NCBI GenBank assembly: GCA_977862235.1
Contig: OZ374557.1
Coordinates: forward strand, 3,906,001-3,970,000
Direction of reading: 5' to 3'
Source: Dudresnaya verticillata
Taxonomy: Eukaryota
Length of the DNA: 64,000 nt
Below, in pieces: positions 31,531-42,076 of the stretch. The notes below the pieces were generated by a model, which saw only the letters and a program-made list of their open reading frames with translations, was not told the DNA's origin and ran no database searches. The first letter of the stretch is position 1; every line of letters starts with the position of its first letter. The position numbers and the translations under genes were made by a program.

Positions 31531-34236
31531 TTACAAGCGCGACGCCAGTGTGTGCCCACTTCTCCTTTTGAGTCTTTCAGCGTTTGAGGTGCTCTCATCC
31601 AAATGCTTACTGTCGTCAAAGCTTTGAAGAGACAGTGAGAATCCATGCAGCCGCAGTGTCTCGGTCTGCACGTCACGAACAATCCCGTTGTAGTATCTGC
31701 GCCAGCTTGTTAGCTTGTCGTCTTCTGCGAATCGTCGGATGATCCCCATCTCACTGCACGCGCGTTCCAGTCTCTTCCTCCGAACGAACTCCAAAACACG
31801 CCCTCGTAGCAGTTCCACATGTCCGCTCCTGATGTCGTCAGCATTTGCTAGCATCCAACACTTGAGGTCTTCGGCGTAATCTACAAGCGGCTCGTCTTCA
31901 TATACCAAGTCACCCTCGCGTATACCATCCCGCACTACAGCAGCAACACTGTGACCGCTGTCTGAATCGCTACTCAAACTTGGAGGGGATGGAATGTCAA
32001 AGCTCTGTTCGTCACGAGGATCTCGCCCAGCACCCGGTGGCAAGCCAATCCGAAAATTATTAGACCTTGGGAGGTCTTGAGCCTGTTCACGTTCACGACC
32101 ATGTCGTGCTGCAGTTCCAACTTTCTGTCGCTTGACTTGCAAGTCTTCAAGCAGTTCTACACATTCGCGTAGGGGCTTCCCTCGAAACTCCTCCGCGTTT
32201 AGAACATCGTGCCCTTTCTCCCTAAGTTCTGATATGTCAGCAAATTGCGTCATCGTCACCTGTTCTGACTGCCTAGTCCGATTTTTCTTTTCAGCTAAGG
32301 CCTGGAATGCCACTCTCCGAGCATTTGAACCTCTCTTTCTCTTTCTGGCGGGTTTCTTCTCTGCTCCAGAGGTATTCTCCTGGATATCCTGGTTGTCTCG
32401 GACTGCCGCGACTGTGTCTCTCCGTGTCTTTCTGCCTCGCAAGAGTTCCTTTTGTAATTCTTCCGGGAGTGCGTGAAACACAACGCTGTCCCATTGGGAT
32501 GGAATCTGTTCTTGCTGTTCATCCTGTTCCCAATCATTGGGCACTTCGAGGGTGGCATTCCCTCTTGCAATCCTATCATCATCCAGCTCAACCTTCTGCA
32601 TTCCATCGTCTGCGATACGCTCGTTCAGCTCAACTCTATCTTCCATGTCATTTTCTGTATTATCAACACTGCAAGCGTCTTGGATTTGAATGTCATCTGT
32701 AGTATCATCTCCCACAAAATCCAGTCGCTCTTTCCCGTCTTTGAAATCACCAGGAGGGATAGATGAGTGGTTCTCTACAGTAGCATAGTTGGCCCTTGGA
32801 GTAGCTGCTGCTGCTTCGAAAAAAGAATCTATCCGCTTAGTTGAACCAGTCGTAGGTGCAGCCGCATAATCGAGGTTGAGGTCAGCAAATGAAAGATCTG
32901 TCACTTGCAACCCTACTCCCCGTAGGTCCTCATTTCGAACTCCAAGGTCGTCGTGTAGTCGTAAACAAACTTCTCGCAGAGAATTCTGTAGAGGATAGTT
33001 AGTATTCCTTGTCGAGAGCTTGGCACTTCTGGTCAAAACTGTACAAGGACCATGCCCAAGGTGCTTATATCCGACCATGCTGGAGTTTGGCTTCTTCCTG
33101 TAGACTTTGTATGTTACCTTTGTGCCATGGGCCCCAGCAGCAACAACGCGAGAAGCAACTTCATCAGCCATGTCGGTGATAAACTTGCGAGCCTTCTCGC
33201 CTTCCTCCCTCTTAAAACGCACGCCCCATGAGGCTTCGGCACCAATCGACTTTCGGGGCCTTAGCGGCTGAACTGGTCTCAAATCTAGCGCGCGAGCAAT
33301 GTCATGGAAGACTTGCCCTTGTCTCTCTCCGAAATCAGTCTGCAGCGTGGACAACGACAAGGCCCTGAGTTGCGGGCAAGTCTGCACGCCCATGTCAGCC
33401 AAGCGTCTTGTCGTTCTCCAACCTATACCTGGAAGGTCCCTGACTTTGAGAGTGTCAAGATACTCGATGATGTTCTCCTGTCTAACCCTTAGCTGTCCAT
33501 TCGGTTTTGCGGCTTTTGTTGCCAATCTAGCTATAAGCTTTGATGGACCTATTCCTGCGCTTGCCGTGCAGCCAGTCTCTGTAAATATGGAGCTTCGCAA
33601 ATTCTGGGTCAGAGCTTCGGCGCCAGACTGACTGCCTTCCCTATCGTCGCCAACAGCAAGCGTCAAATCGAGGTAGGCCTCATCTACGCTAACAGCCTCC
33701 ACACACACTCCCGGGTAGTCGTAGAACCTGGAATAGATCTGAATGGATACTTTCTCGTATAGCGAAAAGTCGTAGGGTACACTGAGCAAGTCTGGGCACA
33801 TCTTGCGGGCGTCACGAAAAAACATTCCGGCGTGTACGCCAAACTTCCTCGCCTCGTAGCTGCAGCTGGAAATTTCTCCACCACCGTGACAAACCGCGAT
33901 ACACTTTCCAGCTAGAGAAGGATCCTTCTTGACAGCGACACTGGCAAAGAAGCAGTCCATATCGACATGAACCACAATGCGCTCGGCTGGTTTGCGCTTT
34001 GATGCAAGCAGGCCCTTCTCCGCGGAAGATTGCAATAATTCAGCTGGATTGACGCCAAGCTTCTTGCCTACCGCAGCCATCATCGATTCGTACCTGGCTC
34101 GGAACGAGCCGATAAAGTGCAGTCGTGACGAGGCGAAGTAGTCGCGAACGAAGTTTGGGTTCTCATTTGTGGGCTTTGGATTCTTCCAGAAATCATTCTT
34201 TGGTTGAGTGACAGCGCGCTTATCTTCTTCGTCCAT
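31531..34236 (-). CDS. REV1: Y-family translesion polymerase REV1
   Basis: SRLHFIG, HVDMDCFFASV, SCSYEAR, AVSVDEAY, RKSIGAE and KHLGHGPC motifs, a UBM-like VFHALPEELQKEL and a C-terminal helical domain. Confidence 0.93.
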   Translation of the reverse strand: MDEEDKRAVTQPKNDFWKNPKPTNENPNFVRDYFASSRLHFIGSFRARYESMMAAVGKKLGVNPAELLQSSAEKGLLASKRKPAERIVVHVDMDCFFASVAVKKDPSLAGKCIAVCHGGGEISSCSYEARKFGVHAGMFFRDARKMCPDLLSVPYDFSLYEKVSIQIYSRFYDYPGVCVEAVSVDEAYLDLTLAVGDDREGSQSGAEALTQNLRSSIFTETGCTASAGIGPSKLIARLATKAAKPNGQLRVRQENIIEYLDTLKVRDLPGIGWRTTRRLADMGVQTCPQLRALSLSTLQTDFGERQGQVFHDIARALDLRPVQPLRPRKSIGAEASWGVRFKREEGEKARKFITDMADEVASRVVAAGAHGTKVTYKVYRKKPNSSMVGYKHLGHGPCTVLTRSAKLSTRNTNYPLQNSLREVCLRLHDDLGVRNEDLRGVGLQVTDLSFADLNLDYAAAPTTGSTKRIDSFFEAAAATPRANYATVENHSSIPPGDFKDGKERLDFVGDDTTDDIQIQDACSVDNTENDMEDRVELNERIADDGMQKVELDDDRIARGNATLEVPNDWEQDEQQEQIPSQWDSVVFHALPEELQKELLRGRKTRRDTVAAVRDNQDIQENTSGAEKKPARKRKRGSNARRVAFQALAEKKNRTRQSEQVTMTQFADISELREKGHDVLNAEEFRGKPLRECVELLEDLQVKRQKVGTAARHGREREQAQDLPRSNNFRIGLPPGAGRDPRDEQSFDIPSPPSLSSDSDSGHSVAAVVRDGIREGDLVYEDEPLVDYAEDLKCWMLANADDIRSGHVELLRGRVLEFVRRKRLERACSEMGIIRRFAEDDKLTSWRRYYNGIVRDVQTETLRLHGFSLSLQSFDDSKHLDESTSNAERLKRRSGHTLASRL

Positions 34237-34952
34237 TAGCGTCTAGTCAAAGTCGGAAGAAGCGGCAGACAGTCTCACAAGCCGCTTCTGTCCCGACGGT
34301 TGTTCGTCGTCGCGAACTGTTTGATCACAGTACTGCCGGGTTTTCTCCTGATCCGACAGGGTCTGTTTCTCAAGCAACGCGCAACTGTGAACATCCTTCC
34401 TTAGCAGAAGAAGAGATGCTTCCCGGGACAAGGGCAGTTGCACCAAGGCGCAACAAAAAAAAGGCTCAGCAACCGCGGCATGGCATGCAGGAGGCTTGTG
34501 CTCGCGTTTGTGTGCGTCGTACCCGCATCGACAAAGAAAACCTTCAAAAAAAGGAGGAAACCAACCATCAGGTGACAAGTTTCTGGTACAAGTGCAGTGC
34601 AACGCGTTCGGCATTGAGAGAGAGGAAATCACGCGAGCGAAGCGCTGAGCACAGAGGAGCAGGTCGATGGCGAGGGAGTCGTTGAGCTCGCAGTCGCGAC
34701 GTGAGGCATGCGATAATTCCTGACTATGCGAACGACCTGCTACATCCCAAAAGCCATCAGACCGCCACGCTGTCGGCGCAAGGACAGGTCTCCTGCTGTC
34801 ACATTTTTTTTGTTACTGAAGGCGTCGTGCGGGCGCGCTTTTCCGAGCCCAGAAGCTGCTTCAGAAATCTCACTCTCACGCTTCATTGCAGAGATTTGAA
34901 AAGCATACTTGGTGCCTCAAAGGAAAGGAGGACTGGACAGCTGTGCAAGAGC

Positions 34953-35909
34953 ATGAACGCGTTCGCAACACCTTCGTACCTCTACAGCAAAGGACGAGCC
35001 TTGGGACTCTGTTCAGTTTGTAGTATAAGGAGAAGAGCATCGGCAAAAAGCGCAGGCGCAATTGTTGCTTCTCTTGACGATGTCGATCTTTCTCCCAAGC
35101 GTGATGGTCCAAAGTCGGGCGCACTGAATATTTTCCGGGAATTATTCGCGGAGGTGCTAGACCGGCCACCGCCTCCCGTGGTATTGGCACGTCGCACTGT
35201 TGACCAAGATTTTGCGGTTTTGCTGATGCGTTCGGGTTACAATGCTGTGGACACGCTCGACTTTGTAGGCATGGACGAGTTTCAAGCTCGGTTCTTTCAC
35301 ATTCGAGCCAACGAATGGGAAAAGTTCATCCAGGCAAACGTCGGAATGCGGCAGGGCGTAATTTCTGATCCTCGCTACTTCGACTTTATTAGTTTTGCGC
35401 AGATGCTGACGATACAGTTCTTTATCCGGGATCCACGCGCGATCTTTGAGGAACGGTACGGAGACGAAGATGGTAAGTGGTATACGCGAGTTGTGCGTCG
35501 AGACGTCGGCAGGCTCGCAACGCCCCGTGATATTCTTCAGGCATGGAGAAGTGAGGTTGGCAAAAGAATCTACCAGCGGGTAGTAGACAATATTCGGCGG
35601 CCGCAGGCGGTGGCAGACGGGGACAGGACGCGGCTTGTAGATGGTATTCGAGATATTTATGAGCATATGGAGATATGCGGGTTTTGCCTGAAAAGTGGCG
35701 TGTCGGAAAGCGAGGATGGGAAGACGTTGACTGTTGAAATGGTCGGACCTTGTATTCTGTGGGGTGCAAAGGCTCTGAAACAGCGGAGGGGGATTCCGAA
35801 CGACTATGACTGCTATGCCGTTGAGGCGTTTTGTCAAGCTAGTGGAGTGTTTCCAACATACAAGACCAAGTTTTCAGAGAACTCTATAGCTCGTGTTTGG
35901 AAGGTGTAA
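34953..35909 (+). CDS. Putative plastid-targeted protein of unknown function
   Basis: MNAF transit-peptide start and a globular core (FAVLLMRSGYNAVDTLDFVGMDEFQ..QG..DPRYFDFISFAQ). Confidence 0.75.
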   Translation: MNAFATPSYLYSKGRALGLCSVCSIRRRASAKSAGAIVASLDDVDLSPKRDGPKSGALNIFRELFAEVLDRPPPPVVLARRTVDQDFAVLLMRSGYNAVDTLDFVGMDEFQARFFHIRANEWEKFIQANVGMRQGVISDPRYFDFISFAQMLTIQFFIRDPRAIFEERYGDEDGKWYTRVVRRDVGRLATPRDILQAWRSEVGKRIYQRVVDNIRRPQAVADGDRTRLVDGIRDIYEHMEICGFCLKSGVSESEDGKTLTVEMVGPCILWGAKALKQRRGIPNDYDCYAVEAFCQASGVFPTYKTKFSENSIARVWKV

Positions 35910-36370
35910 ATGTGGACTGAGCTCTTTCCCAAGATTAGGCCAGTTGCTGCCACAAAGTAACATGTTAGAGACCAAACTATGATATCCCTGAGCACTCTGT
36001 TTCAAAGAGCCCTTTTTCGATCGCAGAGTTGGAAACAACAGGGGACGGCTCAATCTCAATAGTTCATCCCTCCGGCCAGAGCGGGACGGCGAGGAGTTCG
36101 GGATCAACGGGAGTGAAATGCGTATTGCATGGGGCTGAGGAGCATGGATTACACTGCAGATGACGTGATGGATAGATGCCAAGCGTGTGTCACGGCGGTA
36201 CGGAATTACTATTCCGTCGCAGCGCGGAACGTAGACCGCGGGGCACAACAATGGTTACAGTCTGCGGGCGCGTGGCGTCGCCTTCACCACGAACAACAAC
36301 AGGCGCGTTTGCGTGTTTCCGCGGGGCTCGTGTGCGAGTCACAATCGGCGGCCGCGCGCTGTAATCACCG

Positions 36371-36395
36371 GCGCGGCGCGGCGCGGCGCGGCGCG
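36371..36395. repeat. (GCGCG)5 microsatellite
   Basis: Read directly from the sequence. Confidence 0.9.
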
Positions 36396-37291
36396 GTGCA
36401 TCCGTGACTTGCAAAGGCCGCGGCCGCGCCGGGCCGCCGCGCGCGCGCGCGCAAACAACGGCCCCGCCCGTCTCCGCGCTCAGCCGGCGCCGCGCCGGAC
36501 CAGGCTCACCGCGCGGTGTCAAGCGGCACCGCGCCGCGCGCGCGTGGCGTCGTCGCACGCTATGTAACGCCGCGCCGCGCGCGTTCCGCGCCGAACGGCT
36601 CTCTCCCGCACGCCCCGCCTGACTCTTCCGCTGCACCCCGCGCGCGCGCGCTCCGCCTCTCCCGCCCCCGCTCCCTCCCCCTCTCCCGCCGACGCGCCGG
36701 CAGACGGCGACAACGCGAGCACCCCGCGACGGCCTTGCCCCACTTGGCGCACTCGCCGCCGCCCGCTTCGCCAGGCAGCCGCAGCACCCGCGCGGCAGCC
36801 CGGCGCGCCCGCGCAGCGCCTGTCTGTCTGTCTGCCCGACGTCACCCGCTCGCGACACGCGGCGCACCCGAAACAAACACAGCCTGCAGCAACAGCAACC
36901 GCGCCCGTTTGCGCAGCTCGGCACATCGCGCACCTCAACTCGCCCGCCGCAGTCCACGCCGTTGTGACTGTCATACGACGCCGAACGGTACGACCCCTCC
37001 GCCGCGCAAGTCGGTCAGTCAGTGAGGGCGAGTCTCTCTCGCGAGCGGCACGCACGCACCGCCGCGTCCGCACACGCGGCGCCTGACTGTCGATCCAAAT
37101 TCGCCAAACCGCACCATCGCGTCGCATCACACTGGCACCAACCACTGCGCGAGCCGAGCCCCCTCCGCGCGCGCGTGCGCCTCCCGCCGCCCAGCGCGCT
37201 CGCGCTCTCCGCGCTCTCCGCAGCCGTCAGGCCGCGCGCAGCACTCAACAGCCCGCCGCCGTGCCGCCTGCACCGCGTCAACACCCGCTCC

Positions 37292-39121
37292 ATGACGTCG
37301 TACCACCCGCGCTACGCCCACCCGCGCGCCATGCCGCGCTTCACGCGCACCTCGGCCTCCGCCGCCCCCGCCGCCGCCGCCGCTTACAAGCCGCGCGCAT
37401 ACGCCCACGCGCCGCCGAACCCCGCCATGCTCTCCGTGGGGCCGCTGCGCGCGCCGCGCAACGCCGTGCTGGCCGCCGTGCTCATGCTGGTGCTGTCGGC
37501 GTGGCTGCGCCACATCGGCCTGTTTGCCGCGCTCCCGTCGCTCGCGTCGCTCGACTTTGCCGCGTCGCCGCCCGCCTCGACCCGCCGCCCCGCTGCGCCC
37601 GTGTTTGAGTATGGCTCCGTCAAGCTGGACCGCGTCGTGCAGTACGAGGGCGACGGGCTCGATCGCCAGGCACGGGACGCCACCCGCGCGGATGCCGCAG
37701 AGGTTGCCGCGCGCGTCGCCGGCAACGCGGGCAATCGCGAGAGGGACGACGAGCGCCGGGAGGAGCACGTGGTGGCGCGAAAGGAGGAACGTGGTGCGGC
37801 GCTTGAACCGGAAAATGATGGCGACCTGGGCGGCGTGGACGAGCGGAAGGAGGTGGCCGCCCCGGAGGTGGCCGCCCCGGCGGTGGCCCAAGAAAAGCCG
37901 GCACACAACGATTCAGCTGCGAGTGCCGACTTGAAGCCAAAGGGCGACGGCGAGTCTGTGTCAGTGCGGGCTGCTCAACATGGCACAGTTGAACAACAAG
38001 AGACACCTTCCAATAAGAGCGGCGGCGCTAACGAGCGCCAGGAGAGTGCCCAACGTGACCATGTGGACGGTGCTGCCAAGATGGAGAGCAGCAACGACTC
38101 GAAAGATGTTGGTGGTACTATGGCAACAACAAAAGGCGAAGAGCAGTCGTCGGTGCCGCTGCACGAGGTGCTCAAGTTTTCCAAGAAGACGGCGATTAAC
38201 TTTATGCACTTTCACAAGACGGGCGGCGTGAGCTTCAAAGCGGCGCTGCACAAATTCTACGCCAACAAGACCAAGAGAAACGGAGAGGCGGTGGTGACGC
38301 GGGACGCGTGCTACGTGCGGGAGGGGGTGTCGGACGACCCGGGGATGCCGACGTTTGACCTGTGGCGGTGTGACTGGGACCCGATCCGGGAGATGGACGA
38401 GGCGGGGCGTAACTCGCACGACATCATCTTTGGGCACCAATTCTGCGGCGACGGTGCGGAGACGCTGCTGACGCAGCGCGACCTGCGGACGTTCACGGTG
38501 CTGCGGCACCCGTTTGATCGCAAGGTGTCGTTCTACTTTCACTTTTTCGTCCGCGAGGTCGGACGCAACGAGAGCGACGTGACGTTTGAGGAGATGCGCG
38601 ACTTTCTGCTGTTCGACCGGCTGGTGATCGACGCCGACCTCGGACGCGACCTCGGGCCCAACTACATGGCCGGGCGGCTGCTGTCCAACGGGCGCGACGG
38701 GTTTGTCGGGAACAGCTCGTTCCGGTACTACGACGCCGAGCGCGAGGGCAAGCAGCGCGTGGCCGAGCGCGCGCTGGCGCTGATCCGCGGGTATGTGTTT
38801 GTGGGGCTGCAGTCGCAGTCGAGCGCGTCCAAGTGCATGCTGCGCAAGGTGATGGAGGTGTTCAACGACGTGCACGGGGTGGACAATGGCGGGATCGAGG
38901 AGATCGACCGCGCGGCCGCGCTCAACCGCGGGTCGTACTCGCTCGGCGCGGAGGAGATCTGGTCGCGGTTGTCCAGGGAGGACCGCATCCTGTTTGACCG
39001 CAAGGAGCGCGTGGACCTGACCATCTACCAGGAGGGCGAGCGGCTGTTCCGAAGACATGTGCGCGCGTTTGGCTGCGAGCACCGAGTGCAAGAAAGGGCC
39101 GGCGCGTCGCTGTTGCGATAG
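37292..39121 (+). CDS. Type II membrane (Golgi) carbohydrate sulfotransferase
   Basis: N-terminal TM (AVLAAVLMLVLSAWL), long stem, 5'-PSB motif FMHFHKTGGVSF and 3'-PB motif LRHPFDRKVSFY. Confidence 0.88.
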   Translation: MTSYHPRYAHPRAMPRFTRTSASAAPAAAAAYKPRAYAHAPPNPAMLSVGPLRAPRNAVLAAVLMLVLSAWLRHIGLFAALPSLASLDFAASPPASTRRPAAPVFEYGSVKLDRVVQYEGDGLDRQARDATRADAAEVAARVAGNAGNRERDDERREEHVVARKEERGAALEPENDGDLGGVDERKEVAAPEVAAPAVAQEKPAHNDSAASADLKPKGDGESVSVRAAQHGTVEQQETPSNKSGGANERQESAQRDHVDGAAKMESSNDSKDVGGTMATTKGEEQSSVPLHEVLKFSKKTAINFMHFHKTGGVSFKAALHKFYANKTKRNGEAVVTRDACYVREGVSDDPGMPTFDLWRCDWDPIREMDEAGRNSHDIIFGHQFCGDGAETLLTQRDLRTFTVLRHPFDRKVSFYFHFFVREVGRNESDVTFEEMRDFLLFDRLVIDADLGRDLGPNYMAGRLLSNGRDGFVGNSSFRYYDAEREGKQRVAERALALIRGYVFVGLQSQSSASKCMLRKVMEVFNDVHGVDNGGIEEIDRAAALNRGSYSLGAEEIWSRLSREDRILFDRKERVDLTIYQEGERLFRRHVRAFGCEHRVQERAGASLLR

Positions 39122-39399
39122 GGCCACACTAAAAAAATACTAACACCGCGCACACGTGTACAGCAATCGGCTCTGCCGCCGCGTCCAATTGGATCTGCAA
39201 TCCAAATGCAAACCCTCACATTTCTTCCAAAATTCACACTTTGCGCGCGTCGCCGTCGACGCCCCCGCCCCGCCGTTGCCCCTTGCGCGCGATCATCGCG
39301 ACACCTCTCTATCGGTCTATCGGTCTTCGCCGCCGCCACCGCCACAGCCACCGCCACCATCAACACACTACTCGCAACCGCGTAGCCCGTTTCTCCCAA

Positions 39400-39421
39400 C
39401 CCCCCCCCCCCCCCCCCCCCC
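39400..39421. repeat. C22 homopolymer just upstream of RPL35
   Basis: Read directly from the sequence. Confidence 0.9.
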
Positions 39422-39439
39422 AAACCCTCCCCGCAAGCC

Positions 39440-39817
39440 ATGGCGCGCGAATCCGTCCGCACGAGCGAGCTGCGCACAAAGACAAAGGCAGACCTGGAGA
39501 AGGAGGCCGAGGACCTGCGCATCGAGCTGGGCCAGCTGCGCGTCGCAAAGGTCACGGGCGGCCCCGCCTCCAAGCTGTCCAAGATCCGCGAGGTCCGCAA
39601 GTCCATCGCGCGCGTCCTCACCGTGCTCACGGCGCAGAAGCGCGACGCCCTCAAGGACCACTACGCCGCAAAGAAGTACAAGCCGCTCGACCTGCGCCCC
39701 AAGAAGACCCGCGCCATCCGCCGCAGACTCTCCAAGGAACAGATCTCGAAGAAGACCCTCCGCCAGGCGAAGAAGGCAAAGGCTTTCCCAATGCGCAAGT
39801 ATGCTGTCAAGGCTTAA
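39440..39817 (+). CDS. RPL35: 60S ribosomal protein L35 (uL29)
   Basis: [29 protein letters not shown]...[18 protein letters not shown]...[10 protein letters not shown]. Confidence 0.98.
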   Translation: MARESVRTSELRTKTKADLEKEAEDLRIELGQLRVAKVTGGPASKLSKIREVRKSIARVLTVLTAQKRDALKDHYAAKKYKPLDLRPKKTRAIRRRLSKEQISKKTLRQAKKAKAFPMRKYAVKA

Positions 39818-40110
39818 GTGTCGCCGTAGACTTGTCCACAGCTAAAAACTTGGGCAGGCGAAGGCGCTTGCGTTGTCGGTTGACCGTACTTTGCAGACTA
39901 TACGGGATGCTATATCGTGCGGAAGCGCGCGCGCGCAAGTACGCACCAAACAGTCTTGGGACGCCACGTGCTTTGGACTAGTTTGCTGCGTGTGCGTGTG
40001 CAAAAGCTCAGTGAGCGCCTCTTACGACGCTGCCGTCTCGCTTTTAGTGGTGCTTATTTCGATGTAAACTTGTCGCCAGCCCCCCCCCCCGCCCCATGCG
40101 TGCACAAAGC

Positions 40111-41584
40111 TTACTGAGGCTCTGAACAAAGTTTGGATTTCGCCTCGGACAGCGCCTCGTCGGGCTTGCAAAACGCAAACCGCACATAGTCGCTCGCCAA
40201 CTCTGTCTTGCCTATGTGCTCGGCGGGGAAGAAGGCAGAGTTTGGAATGGCCGCAACGCCAAAGCGCGTCACTAAGTTCCGGCAAATATTGTAATCGCAT
40301 CTATCTCTAGTTGCCGCGTCGATCGTCAGCTTGCCCTCTTTGACAAAAGTCCAAATCGCGTCCGGCAAGCCTGGCACGCGCTTTGCCGGGTGCTGATCAG
40401 GCACCTTGGTGCAGACGTAGAATGCGCCTTGCGGAGAGATGGGATCCATTCCGGCCTCCCGCAGCGCTGAAACGAGAAAATCGCGCTTTCGCCGGTATTC
40501 TTCGCAAAGCCACTTGTAGTAGGTATCATGCCCATTAAAAGGCTCTTCTGCTATCCGCAACGCCTCTGCAATCGCAAGCTGTGAAACGCCGTTGACGGAG
40601 AAGACCATGTATTGATGCAGCAGCTGAAGGTGGCGCACCAGGTCGGGACATCCAATGACCCAGCCAATCTTCAAGCCTGTTGCGCTAAAAGTCTTTCCGG
40701 CCGAGTATATGCTCAACGTACGTTCAAACGCCGACTCTGAGACAGAAGCAAATGGGACATGCTCGCCGTCAAACACGAGGTGCTCATAAACCTCGTCGGA
40801 AAGGACCACGCACGATGGGGCTCTCTCGTCCAGCATGGCAGCAATCTGGACATACTCGTCGCGGCTGAAGACCTTACCCGTCGGGTTGTGCGGAGAGTTC
40901 AAAATGAGCATCTTGGTCTTGTCCGAAATGCTGCGCCTAAGCTCTTCCATATCAAGCACAAGGTCCGCCGAAGACGCAACACCGCGCACGCCTGGCCTCG
41001 GGACGAGCGGGACATACACCGGGGTGGCGCCGGCGAGCCTGACAGAGGCGGTGTACATATCGAAGGCGGGGGCGATGAGCACGGCCTCATCCGCCGGGTC
41101 GAGCAGCGCTGTGCACGCGACGTAGATGGCTTGCGACGCGCCTACCGTGACCAGGACCTGCGTGTCATGGTCGATGGGGCGCGGGGCCGCACACGCGCGC
41201 GGCGTGAGGCGCGCGGCATACACGCGCGCAATCTCGCGCACCAGCTCCGGCAAGCCCGGCGAGCGGGCGTACTGCGCGTGCAAGGGGCTCTGCGCCGCGG
41301 CGCGCAGCGACGCCGTGAGGAACGGCGGCGGCGGCCAGCCCGGCGCGCCCTGGCCTGCGTTGCGGCGCGGCGGGGGAGGGCGATGGGGGTTAGCGCGGGC
41401 GCGCGCGCGGCGGTTGGCGCGGCGGGATGCGCCGGATGCGCCGGATGCGCCGGGAGGGGGACGACTTACCCAGGTTGAGCGCGCCCGTCAGGCGCGAGAG
41501 AGGGCTGAACTCGAGCCACACGCTCGGGCCGGCGAACGGGGACAGGCGCGCGGCGCGCGGCGGGGGGCGGAAGCGGCCGGACAT
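40111..41584 (-). CDS. Class I PLP aminotransferase (kynurenine/glutamine transaminase type); exons 41584-41470 and 41354-40111
   Basis: SVWLEF..ALNLG|QG joined across a 115-nt intron. NSPHNPTGK, SDEVYEHL, PLP-lysine SAGKTFSATGLKIGW and VRFAFCK motifs. Confidence 0.92.
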
Positions 41585-42076
41585 GTTGCGCGGCGGGGTG
41601 GGGAGGAGGGAGGGAGGGGTGAGGAGGTACCTTTGCGGCGCGGTGGAAGAAGATGCGCGGGTCGCTTCCAATGACGGAGGTGTATGATGGGCGAAGGCGC
41701 GTGAAGCGCGTGGGATACAGCGCCGTTGTGGCCCTGCGCGCGGTGCACGTGGCGCGCGAGATGCGATGACAGCCGCGTGGCGCGCGCGCGCGTCTCCGAC
41801 AAAAACGCCTACAGCGCCGCGTGTTTCCAACCGCCACCAACCGCCGCAAACCACCGCCGCCGCGCCGCCCGCGTCCCACGCGCGCTGTTTCCGCCCTTTC
41901 CGCACCGCGCCGCAGCACCCGCCGCACCCACACCCGCCGCGCCCCCTTTCGTTCCGCTCCTCCGCTCCGTTCCGCCGCGCCGCGCGCACCCGTTCCACAC
42001 CCCGCACCCGCCCGCCCACAGTCCGCACCCCCCGCACCCCCCCGCCCGCCCGCTCGCACCCGCCGCCGCCGCCGCC

